A stretch of DNA of 64,000 bases from an uncultured Armatimonadetes bacterium (GTDB lineage Bacteria > Armatimonadota > Hebobacteria > Hebobacterales > Hebobacteraceae). The translations under genes were made by a program, and so were the position numbers. Each line of letters begins with the position of its first letter. The first letter of the stretch is position 1. The notes under the pieces are model-generated. The model was not told the origin of the DNA. It worked only from the letters and a program-made list of their open reading frames with translations, and made no database searches. Positions 46,185-56,501 of this stretch are shown here, in pieces. The stretch covers positions 3,200,001 through 3,264,000 of the forward strand of contig OY970296.1 of the NCBI GenBank assembly GCA_963716175.1, written 5' to 3'.

Positions 46185-48708
46185 CTACTTCTTCTCCTGC
46201 TCCACCGGCGCCGACGGCGTTCGCAGAGTGCGGGGCACATCGCCCAACTTCTGCTTCTCCGACTCGGCCAGCACGGCCGCCTCTGCCGGGCTCCGCACCA
46301 CCCGCGGGGTCAGGAACACGAGCAGCTCTGACTTCTCTCGATGCGACGTGGTGGACCTGAACAGCGACCCGATCAGCGGTATGTCCCCCAGCAGCGGCAC
46401 CTTGCTCGCGCTGCGCGTGATGGTGTCCCGCATCAGCCCACCGAGCACGATGGTGTAGCCGTCCTTGACGCTCAGGGTGGCATTGGTCTGCCGGCGCGCC
46501 ACGCTGGGGTACTCCTGGCCCGCGATATTCACCGAGGCCCCCGGCTCGTCTGCTGACACCGACACGGTCATCTGCACCACGTTCCCTTGCGTCACCCGCG
46601 GCGTCACGCTGAGCACGATACCAACGGACTGATAGTCAATGCTGGTGCTGATGGCGGCCCCGGTGCCCACGGTAGTGGTCAGGCTGCCTCTGGGGAAGGG
46701 ACGGCTGCTGGAGACGTCTATCTGCGCCGGCTGGTTGTTGGAGGTGAAAATGCTGGGCGTGGAGAGGATGCGGGCATGGCTGTCGGTGGTAAGGGCCTTG
46801 AGCATCGCGTGGAACTCCCCGCCGCTGATCTGCCCGAAGAAGCCGGTGGGCCCGGTGACATTACCGGCGGAATCTTTGGCCAGGGTGCCCACGCCGAAGT
46901 TCGAGGACAGGTCTCCGGTGTACGTGTTGCCCTGGAAGGTGCCGAAGGTGCGGCCCAGGTCCTGCCACTGGAAACCGAGGCTGGTGTCGCGGGTGAGCGT
47001 GACCTCGGCGATAATCGCCTGGATGCTGACCTGCGCGGGAGCGACGTCCAGCTTCTCGAGGAGCTGCTTGATCAGCTCGAGTTGCTCGGGGGAGGCCGCG
47101 ATCAACAGCGTGTTGGTATTATCGTCCGCCGTGATCATGGTCTCCCTCGTCCCCTCCCATCGGCACTGCCGCCCCCTCTTCCGCCCCTGGTGCCGGGGCC
47201 ACCTCGACCAGCGGTCCCAGCGGCTGTGGCGGCAGCGGCAGCACCCCTTCGGGAACCTGAGCCACCGTCACCGGGTTGGCCGCGGCATGGCCGGGGGCGG
47301 TGCCCGCAAGCGGCTCCACCTCCACCCTTGACGCGCCCTCCGGGCCGCGGCCTGGGGCCGCCGGTAGCGCAGCCATCTGCACCGGGCGCCCACCACCGGT
47401 GGGCGCGGCGCCCGTGGCCCGCGTCCCTCGAATCACCCCGGTCCCAGGCGTCCCGTACCCCGAGATGCCGGGCCTGGTCCTGGCGGTCGCCGCGGCCGCC
47501 GCGGCTGGCGCCGCACCCGGCACCGCGCCCGCCGCCGCCACCTGGGCCCCGAGCAGCGGGCCCACTTTCTGCGCCAGGTCGCTCGCCACCAGGTTCTGTA
47601 CCGGATAGACAAAGAAGGTGTCCCGCAAGTTGATGGGCCGATCCAGTTGATCTACCAGCACCTCGATCTGCTGGAGGTGGATGGGGATGGCCAGCACGAT
47701 CAGCGAGTTGGTGCGCAGATCCGGGTAGCAGAACTCCGGGCCTGCACCGCCAGCCGCGCCGCCCGCCGCCCGAGGCGCGACGGGGGCGCGCTGGATCAGC
47801 CGGCGCTCGTAGGGCAGGCCGGTGCGAGCCGCCGCCGCCGCCCCGCCCCCCGCCCCTCCCCCTCGGCCCAGCACCAGTGAGTTGACCAGGTCCGTCATGT
47901 CCTGGGCGTCGTAGTAGCGCAGCGGGTACACCTGTAGCCCTCCGGAGAGCTGCGACTCCGTCTCCGCGATCAGGGTGAGCGCGCGCTGGATGCTGGCCGC
48001 GGTATCGGTGATGATCAGGGAGTTGGTGGAAGTGGGGATGAGGCTCGCGTTCTGGGAGAGCAGCCCCTGAAGCTGAGACGCCACGTCTCCCGCCGACAGG
48101 CTGGTCAGGGGGATAACCTGGGTGATGAAAGTGTCGCTGGTCGGTACGTCCTCGGGCCGGGCCCCGAACTGCATCGGCGGCCCCGACTGCACTGCGTCCG
48201 CGATCGACAGCACCTTGTAGATCCCCGTGGGCGCGCGGACCATGGTGAAGCCCCGCACCTCCAGCACCGAATTCAAGATCTGGAAAGCGACATCCAGGGG
48301 AACCGGCTCCGGCGCGATCACCGTGATGGGTCCGGTCACCTGTTCTGATTTGATGATAGTGACCCCGGCCTCCCGGCTCAGCAGGCGCAGCAGATGATCG
48401 ATATCCAGCCCGTAGAACTCCATCCGGATCATCTTGGTGCCGCCCGCGCTCTGCACCACCTCCAATGGCTGCGAAAGCGGCGAGGTCGGCGCTCCCCCGC
48501 GGGGCGCGGCAGGCGCGGCAGGCGCAGCACTGGGGCCAGGCCTGGCTTGAGCCGGGCGGCTGGGGCGCTGGCGCCGGCCGGGCATGCGCATCGAAGGCCG
48601 TCCTCGCTGCTGTGCCGAATCGGCCACCGTGATCAATTCGGAGACGCAGGCCAGCGACAGCATGACCGCTATTCCCCAGATCGCCCTGCGATGCCACACG
48701 CTCATCAT
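46185..48708 (-). CDS. gspD: T2SS secretin, apparent frameshift at ~47143-47157
   Basis: N domains (TNSLII), C-terminal QVSIQAIIAEV..KVPLLGDIPLIGSLF..ELLVFLTPR split over two ORFs. Confidence 0.9.
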
Positions 48709-48871
48709 GGTCTTCCCTCTTGGCCCGCCCCGCGTGGACCCGGATCTGCTGCTCCCTCGCCCAATGACTCGTTGCAGGATCGAAGCCCTTGAGGCACCTG
48801 AGAGGCTTCCTCGCCCCGCGAGTCGCTTCAGCCTATGTGACACCTATCCCGGCAAAAGGCCCCGTGGCCCC

Positions 48872-49612
48872 TCATCCCTCAGCAGGTGGTGAGCTGGGGG
48901 GCTGACCGAGCGGTGGGTTGGGGCCCGCGTTGGCCGGCGGGCCTGGCGCTGGCTGAGCCGGCCCTGCCGAGGGCGCTGGTTGCGCTGGCCGCGGTGCTGC
49001 CGGCCGAGCCGTCGGCTTTCCCGCGGCCGCGGCCTTGGTCAGCGGCACCAGGTTGAACGTCTCAGTCCGCGCCAGCGTCGCCGGAGCTCCCCCCGCGCTC
49101 AACTGAACCTGCTTCGGAGTCACCTGTTCCACCTTCGCACCCCTGAAGGTATCTCCCACCGCCACGTATTCGACCGACCGGTCGCCTGCATTCTCCAGTA
49201 TGCCAAGCATCTTGCCATTGATCTCGACATACCCCAGGTAGGACCACCCAGGGAAGCTGGGAGGCGGCGGAGGGGGCGGCGGGCCCGGGGGCGTCGGGTT
49301 GCTGGGTTTGGGGGGCGTGGTCCTGAGCGGCGGCAGGGGCTGCTTCCTCACCGGCGGGGGAGGAGGCGCGGGCGGGGCGAAGACATTGCGCTGCACGATC
49401 ACCTCATAGCGACTGTACTCGACATCGGCCGGGGCCGCCGGTGGCAGCGCCTGCGCCATCGTGATCGGCGCCGCAGTTGTGATCGCCCGCCGCGCCGTGC
49501 GGCGCCCCTTCGCCTTCGGGGGCCGGGCGCTGTTCAGCGTGTAGACCAGAAAGGCGGCCGCCGCGCAGAGCACGATCGCGAGCACCACTGAGCTGCTCCT
49601 AGCTCTTTTCAT
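48872..49612 (-). CDS. GspC-like T2SS protein
   Basis: TM anchor, RNVF, Pro-rich linker, VGDTF..KVEQV. Confidence 0.65.
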   Translation of the reverse strand: MKRARSSSVVLAIVLCAAAAFLVYTLNSARPPKAKGRRTARRAITTAAPITMAQALPPAAPADVEYSRYEVIVQRNVFAPPAPPPPPVRKQPLPPLRTTPPKPSNPTPPGPPPPPPPPSFPGWSYLGYVEINGKMLGILENAGDRSVEYVAVGDTFRGAKVEQVTPKQVQLSAGGAPATLARTETFNLVPLTKAAAAGKPTARPAAPRPAQPAPSAGPAQPAPGPPANAGPNPPLGQPPSSPPAEG

Positions 49613-50161
49613 CGCTTGCCTTCTTCGCCGACTTCAGTTGGTAGGTGGCGGCGTGCAGGAAGATGAGCAGGCCGCTCCCTCCAGCCGCTCCCGGCCCGAT
49701 CTCCACTCCCTCCACCCACAGCCGGTGAGGCCGCTGCTCCAGCTCATAGAGCAGACGCGCAAGATGGGGGAAATCGGTCTCCACCCGGAAGCCCACCGGG
49801 TACCTCACGCACTTCGCCAGCGGCTCTGGCTCACCGGGCCGAATACTGGTCAAGCGCACCCCCAGATCGCTGGTGAGCTGCGCGATCTCGCGCAGCAGGT
49901 CGGCCTGCACGTCCCCTTGCTCCGGCCTGAACAGCTCCTGCACCTCCGACCGGAGCTGCTTGGTCTCCTGCTGCGCTGCTGGCATTCGCGGTACATGCGC
50001 TGCGCCCGCTCGACGGTGGCGGTCAGGCTCTTCTCCTGGCGCGCCAGCGCCCGCGCCGTGTCTCGCATCGGCAGCAGCAGGAAGAAGATCAGCAGGAACA
50101 AGGCCAGGGCGCCGAAGCCCCCGATGAGCAGGAGTCGCTCCCGCCGGGATGCCCTCCTCAT
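49599..50161 (-). CDS. PilO/GspM-like protein, apparent frameshift at ~49985
   Basis: RRERLLL TM helix, coiled coil, ferredoxin-like domain (LLYELEQ) in second frame. Confidence 0.7.
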
Positions 50162-51896
50162 CACTCCCCTCCCAGAGAGGCGCTGGTGACCGGCGTGGCC
50201 GTGCTTTCCCGTTCCGTCCACAGGTGGACGGTGAGCGAGAAGCTCACCCCCAGCACCTGGGTGACAGTGGGCCCGGCGGCGCGCGCCCCCGCACCCCACC
50301 CGTCCGGCGAGCGCCTGCGACACGCGCTACCCCCGCGGGTGCCGGCGTGGACTCAGTCTGCACCACGGTTTGGTCCAGGCGGTCGAGGCTAACGGCGGTG
50401 ACCAGTCGAGAGCGGCCCAGGGCGACCTGCAGGTCGGCCACGGCATCGGAGCTGGGCGCGCTGCCCTGGATCACCAGGGGTTGACCTGGCCGCCAGGTGA
50501 AATGGGTGAGAATCAGGCCCGTGGGCGCGTTCTCGCTGATCGTGCGCAGCAGTTCCAGGGCAGCATAGCGGCGCGCCTGGGCCGGCTGCAGCTCGTCCAG
50601 TTCCTGGCTCAGCCCGTCCCGCTGATCCAGCACGAGCTGGGCCTGTTCCTCCTGCTTCCCCGCCACCTTCTCTTCCTGCTGCAGGGTCTTCACGTGCGCC
50701 CTCTGCCGGCCAATGGCCCTCGCCTCGATCACGTAGCCTGCAACCAGCGCCACCAGCACCAGCGCCCCGACTGCGCTGCCCACCCGGCGGACCTGCTGGG
50801 CCCGCCGGACCTGGGCCACCTCCCGGGGGACCAGGGAAATCGTCCAGGCGGTCTGGCTGGTGCCCCGCAGCGCCTGCCCCATCGCCAGCAGGCAGTGTCC
50901 CGCGGCCTCGCCATCGGGAACTCGCAGGTGGGCCTGCGGGAAGAGGCGCGCCGCCGAGAGCCGGGTCGGGGCCACGCCGAACTGGGCCTGCACCGCCTCC
51001 GCCAGGCCGGGCACGGACGATCCCGCGCCCACCAGGAAGATGCGCGCGAGCGCGGCCGGTCCGAAGGAAAGGGCGGACCGGCGCAGCTCCCCGTGGAAGT
51101 TTTCCAGCCAGGCCGCCGTGCGCGTGAGCCGCCTATCGTAGCCCGCGCTTCCGGCCTGGGCCGCGGTGAGCAGCGCCAATCCCTGGGTGCGCTTCAGCTC
51201 CTGCGCCTCCTCCAGGCTCACCTCGAGGTCATCTCTGATGGCGAGCGTGAGCTGCTGGCCCCCCAGGCCCACGGATCGGGTCAGCCGCAGGCGGCCCCCC
51301 TCCGACAGGTTGATGGTGGTGGCGCGGGCTCCGGTCTCGATGGTGAGCGTGATCCCGGGCGGGCCCTCCGGCGCCATCCGGATCAGGTCGTGCAGAGCGA
51401 GCACGTCCAGGGTGAGAGTCGTCACCCGCATTCCCAGCTCTTTCGCCAGCGCCAGGTACTCGCGCACCAGGTCTCGCTGCGCCGCCACCACCAGCACATC
51501 GGTAAGGCCCGGCTGCTCCCGGGAGGGTCCCAGCGGCTGGAAATCCAGCACCACCTGCTCCACCGGGAATGGGATCTGATCGGCCAGGTCATACTCGATC
51601 ACGCGGCGCAAGGCGGCTCGATCTGCCGGCGGGTAGGCGCTGACGCGGGCCGTCACCTGACGCCGCGGAAGCGCCAGGATGACCGACCGGGAGCGAATGC
51701 CGGCCTTCGCCAGGGCTTGGCGGATGGCCTCCACCAGGGGCCTGCGATCGGCCCCCGCCTCCCAGCGGAACCCCGGCGGCAGCGGCTGCTCGGCGCAGCG
51801 GATGGCGCGGACCCCGCCCCGGCCCTCGCGCACCTGGGCCACCTTCACCGAGTAAGACCCGATATCTACGCTAACTGGCTGGCTGCGCAAGCGCAA
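50161..51896 (-). CDS. PilM-PilN fusion (GspL-like), apparent frameshift at ~50290
   Basis: VDIGSYSVK actin-like fold, ISLVP, TM, PilN-like domain; terminal strand VSFSLTV in shifted frame. Confidence 0.8.
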
Positions 51897-53196
51897 ACCT
51901 TTCTCCCCCGGCGGCGGAGGCCTGCATCCACTCTTCCCGCGGCGGCAACGGGGAGTCCTCCTCCGACTGTTGCACCACTATCACCTGCCCTCCGTCGCGC
52001 CGGACGAGCGCGCGCAGGGTGCGGAAGGTCCGCTCGGTGGCCGGGTATCCCATGGACTCGATGATGAAGCTCGAGGACTTGACATTGACGTGGTCTATGA
52101 TCAGGGTGAAGATGTCGGGCCCGTCAGGCTGGTTCAACAGGAACTCGGTGAAGTCCCCCAGGGAGGTGAAAGGCGCCTTGCGCCGCCGGCCCTCGATCGC
52201 CATCCCCAGCCCGATCGAGCCTCCCGGCAGAGCCGCGATCACTGCGGGTGCAGCCGTGTTGACGTTGACCAGTCCCCGCGTCTGCAGCCCCGGGTTCACC
52301 GTGAAGTAGTCTATGATGCTGATCACCCGATCATACCCCAGACCGGCGACGGTGACGAGTTGAGCCAGAGAGGTATACTGCTGGCCTATGCTGTTCAGCC
52401 GGGACAGCCCGCTGCAGACGGAGTCAATGTCATAGGTGGTGAAGGCCGCCCCCAATCTCGCCATCACATACGTCTGGAAGGCCTCAGACAAGGACAGCTC
52501 CTCACAGTTCCTGAACTCGTTCAGCCCTATCCTCATGCCCCCGGTGCTGCTGGTGTTCGCCGACAGCGACTCCACGGTCAGCACATCCGCCAGACCGGGC
52601 TTGTCCTTGGTCCCGAAGAACATCTCCGGGGTGACGCCCCTCACCAGCAGCAGTTCGCCCAGGGTCTGGAATGGCGCGCCTCGCGCCGAGTAGGGATAGG
52701 CCAGCGCTTGGTAATAGCCCTGATCGCCACCTACCCCTTCCCGCCAGGCGATGATATCCGCGGCCACCTGGGCATTCCCCGTGAGCCGGAACAGCGTGTC
52801 CAGGTCGGCGGTGTTGACGTCAATGCGGCCGCATGCGTCCTCCACCCGGACCTGGTAGAACCCGTCGCCGAGCTGGTGGGGCAGATCCAGCGGCAACCGC
52901 GCCTGCGGGCCCCACGCCTCTTGCAGGGTATCGAGGGTCTCGTCATCATAGACCAGGATGGCGCGCGCCTGCTGCAGGCCGGCCTGCGCGAGCAACAGCG
53001 CCTGCTCCCGCTCCAGATTGGCGTGGGAGGCGCGCAGCTCCACTCTCACCGCGGCCACGATGCCCACCGCCAGCACCGCCAGCAGCACCACCGCGAACAC
53101 CGCGAGGATCAGCACTACTCCTCGCTCGCCCCGGGGCCCGCTAGCGCGAAGCGATAGCCACCGCGGTCTGAAACTCGTGTTCCTTTTGCTGCTCAT
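51871..53196 (-). CDS. gspK: T2SS minor pseudopilin K
   Basis: RGVVLILAV, EDACGRIDVN, ELLLVRG, VNVNTA. Confidence 0.85.
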   Translation of the reverse strand: MSSKRNTSFRPRWLSLRASGPRGERGVVLILAVFAVVLLAVLAVGIVAAVRVELRASHANLEREQALLLAQAGLQQARAILVYDDETLDTLQEAWGPQARLPLDLPHQLGDGFYQVRVEDACGRIDVNTADLDTLFRLTGNAQVAADIIAWREGVGGDQGYYQALAYPYSARGAPFQTLGELLLVRGVTPEMFFGTKDKPGLADVLTVESLSANTSSTGGMRIGLNEFRNCEELSLSEAFQTYVMARLGAAFTTYDIDSVCSGLSRLNSIGQQYTSLAQLVTVAGLGYDRVISIIDYFTVNPGLQTRGLVNVNTAAPAVIAALPGGSIGLGMAIEGRRRKAPFTSLGDFTEFLLNQPDGPDIFTLIIDHVNVKSSSFIIESMGYPATERTFRTLRALVRRDGGQVIVVQQSEEDSPLPPREEWMQASAAGGERFALAQPAS

Positions 53197-53860
53197 CCCG
53201 CAAGCTCACCCTGATCGAGACCGCAGCCGGTACCTGGTAGTCTCTCCGCTGCGCGTCATAGTCGGCCGTCCACTTCCGGCCATCGTAGTAGCGAAGCACC
53301 AGCTTGCTCATGTTTCTCGAAATCAGCTCCGACCTCTGAGGCCCGGGACCCGCGCCTTGTGGCAGTCCGATCCAGCCTCCCGGAACCACCCAGCTGGTGC
53401 GGTAAAGCCCCCCGGGCCCTCCTCTCGGGGGTGCCCGGTACTCATAGCGGACACCGACGTAGTCGGTGATCGGTGGGCGCAGCCGCTGGGGCACGGATCG
53501 CATCCTGTCCGGCAGCAAAGCGGCCCGCGCCACGCTGCTGCTCTCGGTGCAGAGCTGGACACCATCGAAAGGCGCCGCCCCCTGGGGGGCGGGGTGGGCG
53601 ACGAAAAGCCCGGCATTCCGGTAAAGCCCCAGGTGCGCCCCGCGCAGATCCCGGGTGATAATCTCGAAGATGGCCCGCGCTTCCTGGTTGAGGTCGGCCG
53701 CGGCCACGCAGCGCTTCCACACGTTCAGGCAGGTGGAGATGCTCAGCACGATGCCCCCTGCCAGCAGGGCCACGAAGGTCATCGCGATGGTCACCTCTAG
53801 CAGCGTGAAGCCGCGCCGCGCGCTGCTGCGGGCACCAGCGTGTCGCGAACCCAGGCGCAT
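53141..53860 (-). CDS. gspJ: T2SS minor pseudopilin J
   Basis: GFTLLEV prepilin motif, C-terminal P.AVSIRV. Confidence 0.75.
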   Translation of the reverse strand: MRLGSRHAGARSSARRGFTLLEVTIAMTFVALLAGGIVLSISTCLNVWKRCVAAADLNQEARAIFEIITRDLRGAHLGLYRNAGLFVAHPAPQGAAPFDGVQLCTESSSVARAALLPDRMRSVPQRLRPPITDYVGVRYEYRAPPRGGPGGLYRTSWVVPGGWIGLPQGAGPGPQRSELISRNMSKLVLRYYDGRKWTADYDAQRRDYQVPAAVSIRVSLRDEQQKEHEFQTAVAIASR

Positions 53861-53861
53861 C

Positions 53862-54236
53862 TCAGAATACCGCGGTGGAGAAGCGGAAGGCACGGGTCTT
53901 GCCTGCCTCCGGCGCGTAGATGGTCAGGTCAACCCTGACCACGTGAAGTGGGTCGGCCCGGTGGACGGTCAGCTCCCAGAAGTAGTCGGGGTAGGCTGAG
54001 CCGAAGTCCCCGGTGGTGGTGCGGGCCTGCAGATGGGCCGCGTCGGAGGCCTGCACTTGGGCCAGCTTCTGCTGCGCCAGGAAGGAGGCCGTGGTCTCGG
54101 TGGTAGACACCCCGACCACGCGCGCGGCCATGGAGAACGCGGTGAGCGCGGCCAGCAGCCCAATCGCCAGCACCACCGTGGCCACCACCACCTCTACCAG
54201 CGTGAAACCGGATTGGGTGGGCCGCCTACGCACCAA
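53862..54236 (-). CDS. gspI: T2SS minor pseudopilin I
   Basis: GFTLVEV, short size, position. Confidence 0.75.
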   Translation of the reverse strand: MVRRRPTQSGFTLVEVVVATVVLAIGLLAALTAFSMAARVVGVSTTETTASFLAQQKLAQVQASDAAHLQARTTTGDFGSAYPDYFWELTVHRADPLHVVRVDLTIYAPEAGKTRAFRFSTAVF

Positions 54237-54747
54237 CCGTTACCCTCCCTGTGGCCGGTGACAGCCTGATCACCGTCTCCCTGCCGGCCTCATCTGCCAG
54301 CGTGAGGCTGACGCCATCGGTACGCCCGTCAGGGTAGAAGTAGATCTCGGCTCCGCCCTGATCTCCGGTGAGCTGGCCCACCACAGTGAGCTCGCTCACG
54401 GCCAGCGACTCGGGCACACGCACCGCGCTGCGGCCCAGCGTCGGCAGCAGGGCGAACTGGGATCGCGCTCTCTGGGGGTCAACCTGCGCCTCCGCCCAGA
54501 ACACACCCTCGTTCAGGTCGCAGTTCACTCGCACCAGCCTCCCGGTTGCCACCGCCTCCGTCCGGGCGCAGGTCAGCAGTCCTGCCAGCTCGCGCAGCGC
54601 TGCCTTCTTCTCCGAGCTCCGCAGCACGCCCATGAAGGCCGGCTGCGCGGCGAAGAAGACGATGGCGATGATCGCCATCACCACCGCCAGCTCGACCAGA
54701 GTGACGCCCGCCAGCTTCCGCCGTCCTGCCTGACAAGCCAGCGCCAT
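54226..54747 (-). CDS. gspH: T2SS minor pseudopilin H
   Basis: GVTLVEL, ARTEA, IYFYPDG. Confidence 0.75.
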   Translation of the reverse strand: MALACQAGRRKLAGVTLVELAVVMAIIAIVFFAAQPAFMGVLRSSEKKAALRELAGLLTCARTEAVATGRLVRVNCDLNEGVFWAEAQVDPQRARSQFALLPTLGRSAVRVPESLAVSELTVVGQLTGDQGGAEIYFYPDGRTDGVSLTLADEAGRETVIRLSPATGRVTVGA

Positions 54748-54748
54748 C

Positions 54749-55201
54749 TCACTCCTCTTCGAAGTTAGTGATGTCCGCGTCATCGTCCTCGCCCCCGGGC
54801 TGGCCATCGGCACCATAGCATATGACATCGTATCCGTCGGGATTCTGCTGGCCCGGGGATCGGTAGACGAACTCATTGCCCCACGGATCCTTGGGGACCG
54901 CCTTCTTGATATAGGGGCCATTCCAGTTGCGCGGCACCGGGGCCGAGGTGGGTTTCTTACGCAGGGCGACCAGCCCCTGCTGAGTGGTCGGCGGAGCCCC
55001 GCTATCCGCGGTGTACATATCCAGGGCCAGCTCGAACACGCGGATGTCCTCCAACGCCCGCGCCCGGCGGGCCATCTTCGTCCGGTTGGTAGCTTGCACC
55101 ATCACCGCCCCCGCCAGGATGGCGATGATGGTCACCACCAGCACCAGCTCCACCAAGGTGAAGCCAGCGCTTCGGCGGATGCCACCCCAGTACAGTCTCA
55201 T
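54749..55201 (-). CDS. gspG: T2SS major pseudopilin G
   Basis: GFTLVEL, WNGPY..DPWGN..YGADGQPGG. Confidence 0.92.
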   Translation of the reverse strand: MRLYWGGIRRSAGFTLVELVLVVTIIAILAGAVMVQATNRTKMARRARALEDIRVFELALDMYTADSGAPPTTQQGLVALRKKPTSAPVPRNWNGPYIKKAVPKDPWGNEFVYRSPGQQNPDGYDVICYGADGQPGGEDDDADITNFEEE

Positions 55202-55221
55202 GGCAGTCTCCGCTCCCTCCG

Positions 55222-56439
55222 TCAGCGACCAATGGTCGCATTGATCTGGAATATGGGCAGCAGCACCGCCAGCACGATGAAGCCGACGATGATGCCCATG
55301 ATGATAATCACGAACGGTTCCAGCAGCGTGGTCAGCCTCCCCATCGTGCTGTCCACCTCGAAGTCCAGGCTGTTGGCCACCCTGCTCATCATCTCGGGCA
55401 GTTGCCCTGTCTCCTCGCCCACCGCGGACATGTGGATGAGCAGGGGTGGGAACACGCCCGAGTGCTCCAGCGCCGTGGTGAGCCGGGTTCCCTGGCGCAC
55501 CTCCTCCCGCACTGCTTCCGCCGCTCGCATCAGCGGCCGGTTGGCGATGGCGTTGCCGCTGATCTCCAGGCTGGTGAGAATGGGCACCCCGCCGCCCAGC
55601 ATCGTGCCCAGGGTGCGGGCCAGCCGGGAGACCGCCATCTTGTGCCAGATGGGCCCCAGCAGAGGAGCGCGCAGAATCAGCAGGTCAATCGCCTCCCGGC
55701 CTGCGGCGGTGCGCCCGTACCACCGCAGCCCCAGCACCAGCACCACGATGAAGATTGCGATCAGCCACCAGGTCTTGCTCAGCACCCCGGCCACCGCCAG
55801 CAGCACCTGGGTGATCAGGGGCAGCGTCTGTTGCAGTTCGGCGAACAGCGCCGACAGCTTGGGGATGAGATAGCCGATGATGAAGGACACCGCGCTGATG
55901 GCAACGGTGATCAGCACCGCTGGGTACATCAGGGCCGAGACCACCTGAGACCGCCTCTGCTGGGACTTCTCCAGGAACTCCGCCAGTCGCATCAGGATGG
56001 CGTCGAGGTGACCGCTGGTCTCACCCGCATGCACCATGTTCACGTAGAGGTCGTGGAAGTAGCGGGGGTGGCGCCTCAGCGCTTCGGAGAGAGGCCGTCC
56101 CTGCTGCACGTCGGCGCGGATGCTCTCCACCAGCTCTCGCAGCGCCGACTTGTCCGCCTGCTCCACCAGCACGGACAGGCTGCGGAACATGGGCAGCCGC
56201 GCCGCCGTCATGTCCGCCAGCTGCCGCGTCAAGATCACGATATCGCTGGAGCTCAGGCCGCGGGACTGGCGCAGCCGGCCCGGGCGGCCGAGGGAGAGCT
56301 GAGCCGCTTCGCCGATATCGGTGGGGAAATAGCCCATGTCCCGCAGGCGGCGGGTCACTTCATCCGGGTCTTCGGCCGCGATCTCCCCACTCACGGTCTT
56401 CCCCGCGCGATCCAGCGCCACGTAGCGAAAGCGCGCCAT
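55222..56439 (-). CDS. gspF: T2SS inner-membrane platform protein F
   Basis: GETSGHL, ALMYP, GEETGQL, LLEP. Confidence 0.92.
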   Translation of the reverse strand: MARFRYVALDRAGKTVSGEIAAEDPDEVTRRLRDMGYFPTDIGEAAQLSLGRPGRLRQSRGLSSSDIVILTRQLADMTAARLPMFRSLSVLVEQADKSALRELVESIRADVQQGRPLSEALRRHPRYFHDLYVNMVHAGETSGHLDAILMRLAEFLEKSQQRRSQVVSALMYPAVLITVAISAVSFIIGYLIPKLSALFAELQQTLPLITQVLLAVAGVLSKTWWLIAIFIVVLVLGLRWYGRTAAGREAIDLLILRAPLLGPIWHKMAVSRLARTLGTMLGGGVPILTSLEISGNAIANRPLMRAAEAVREEVRQGTRLTTALEHSGVFPPLLIHMSAVGEETGQLPEMMSRVANSLDFEVDSTMGRLTTLLEPFVIIIMGIIVGFIVLAVLLPIFQINATIGR

Positions 56440-56501
56440 CTAGCTCCGGCTCCTTCGCACCAGACTGGACCGCCGGCCTGCCTCACCGGCACTGCCCGGC
56501 A

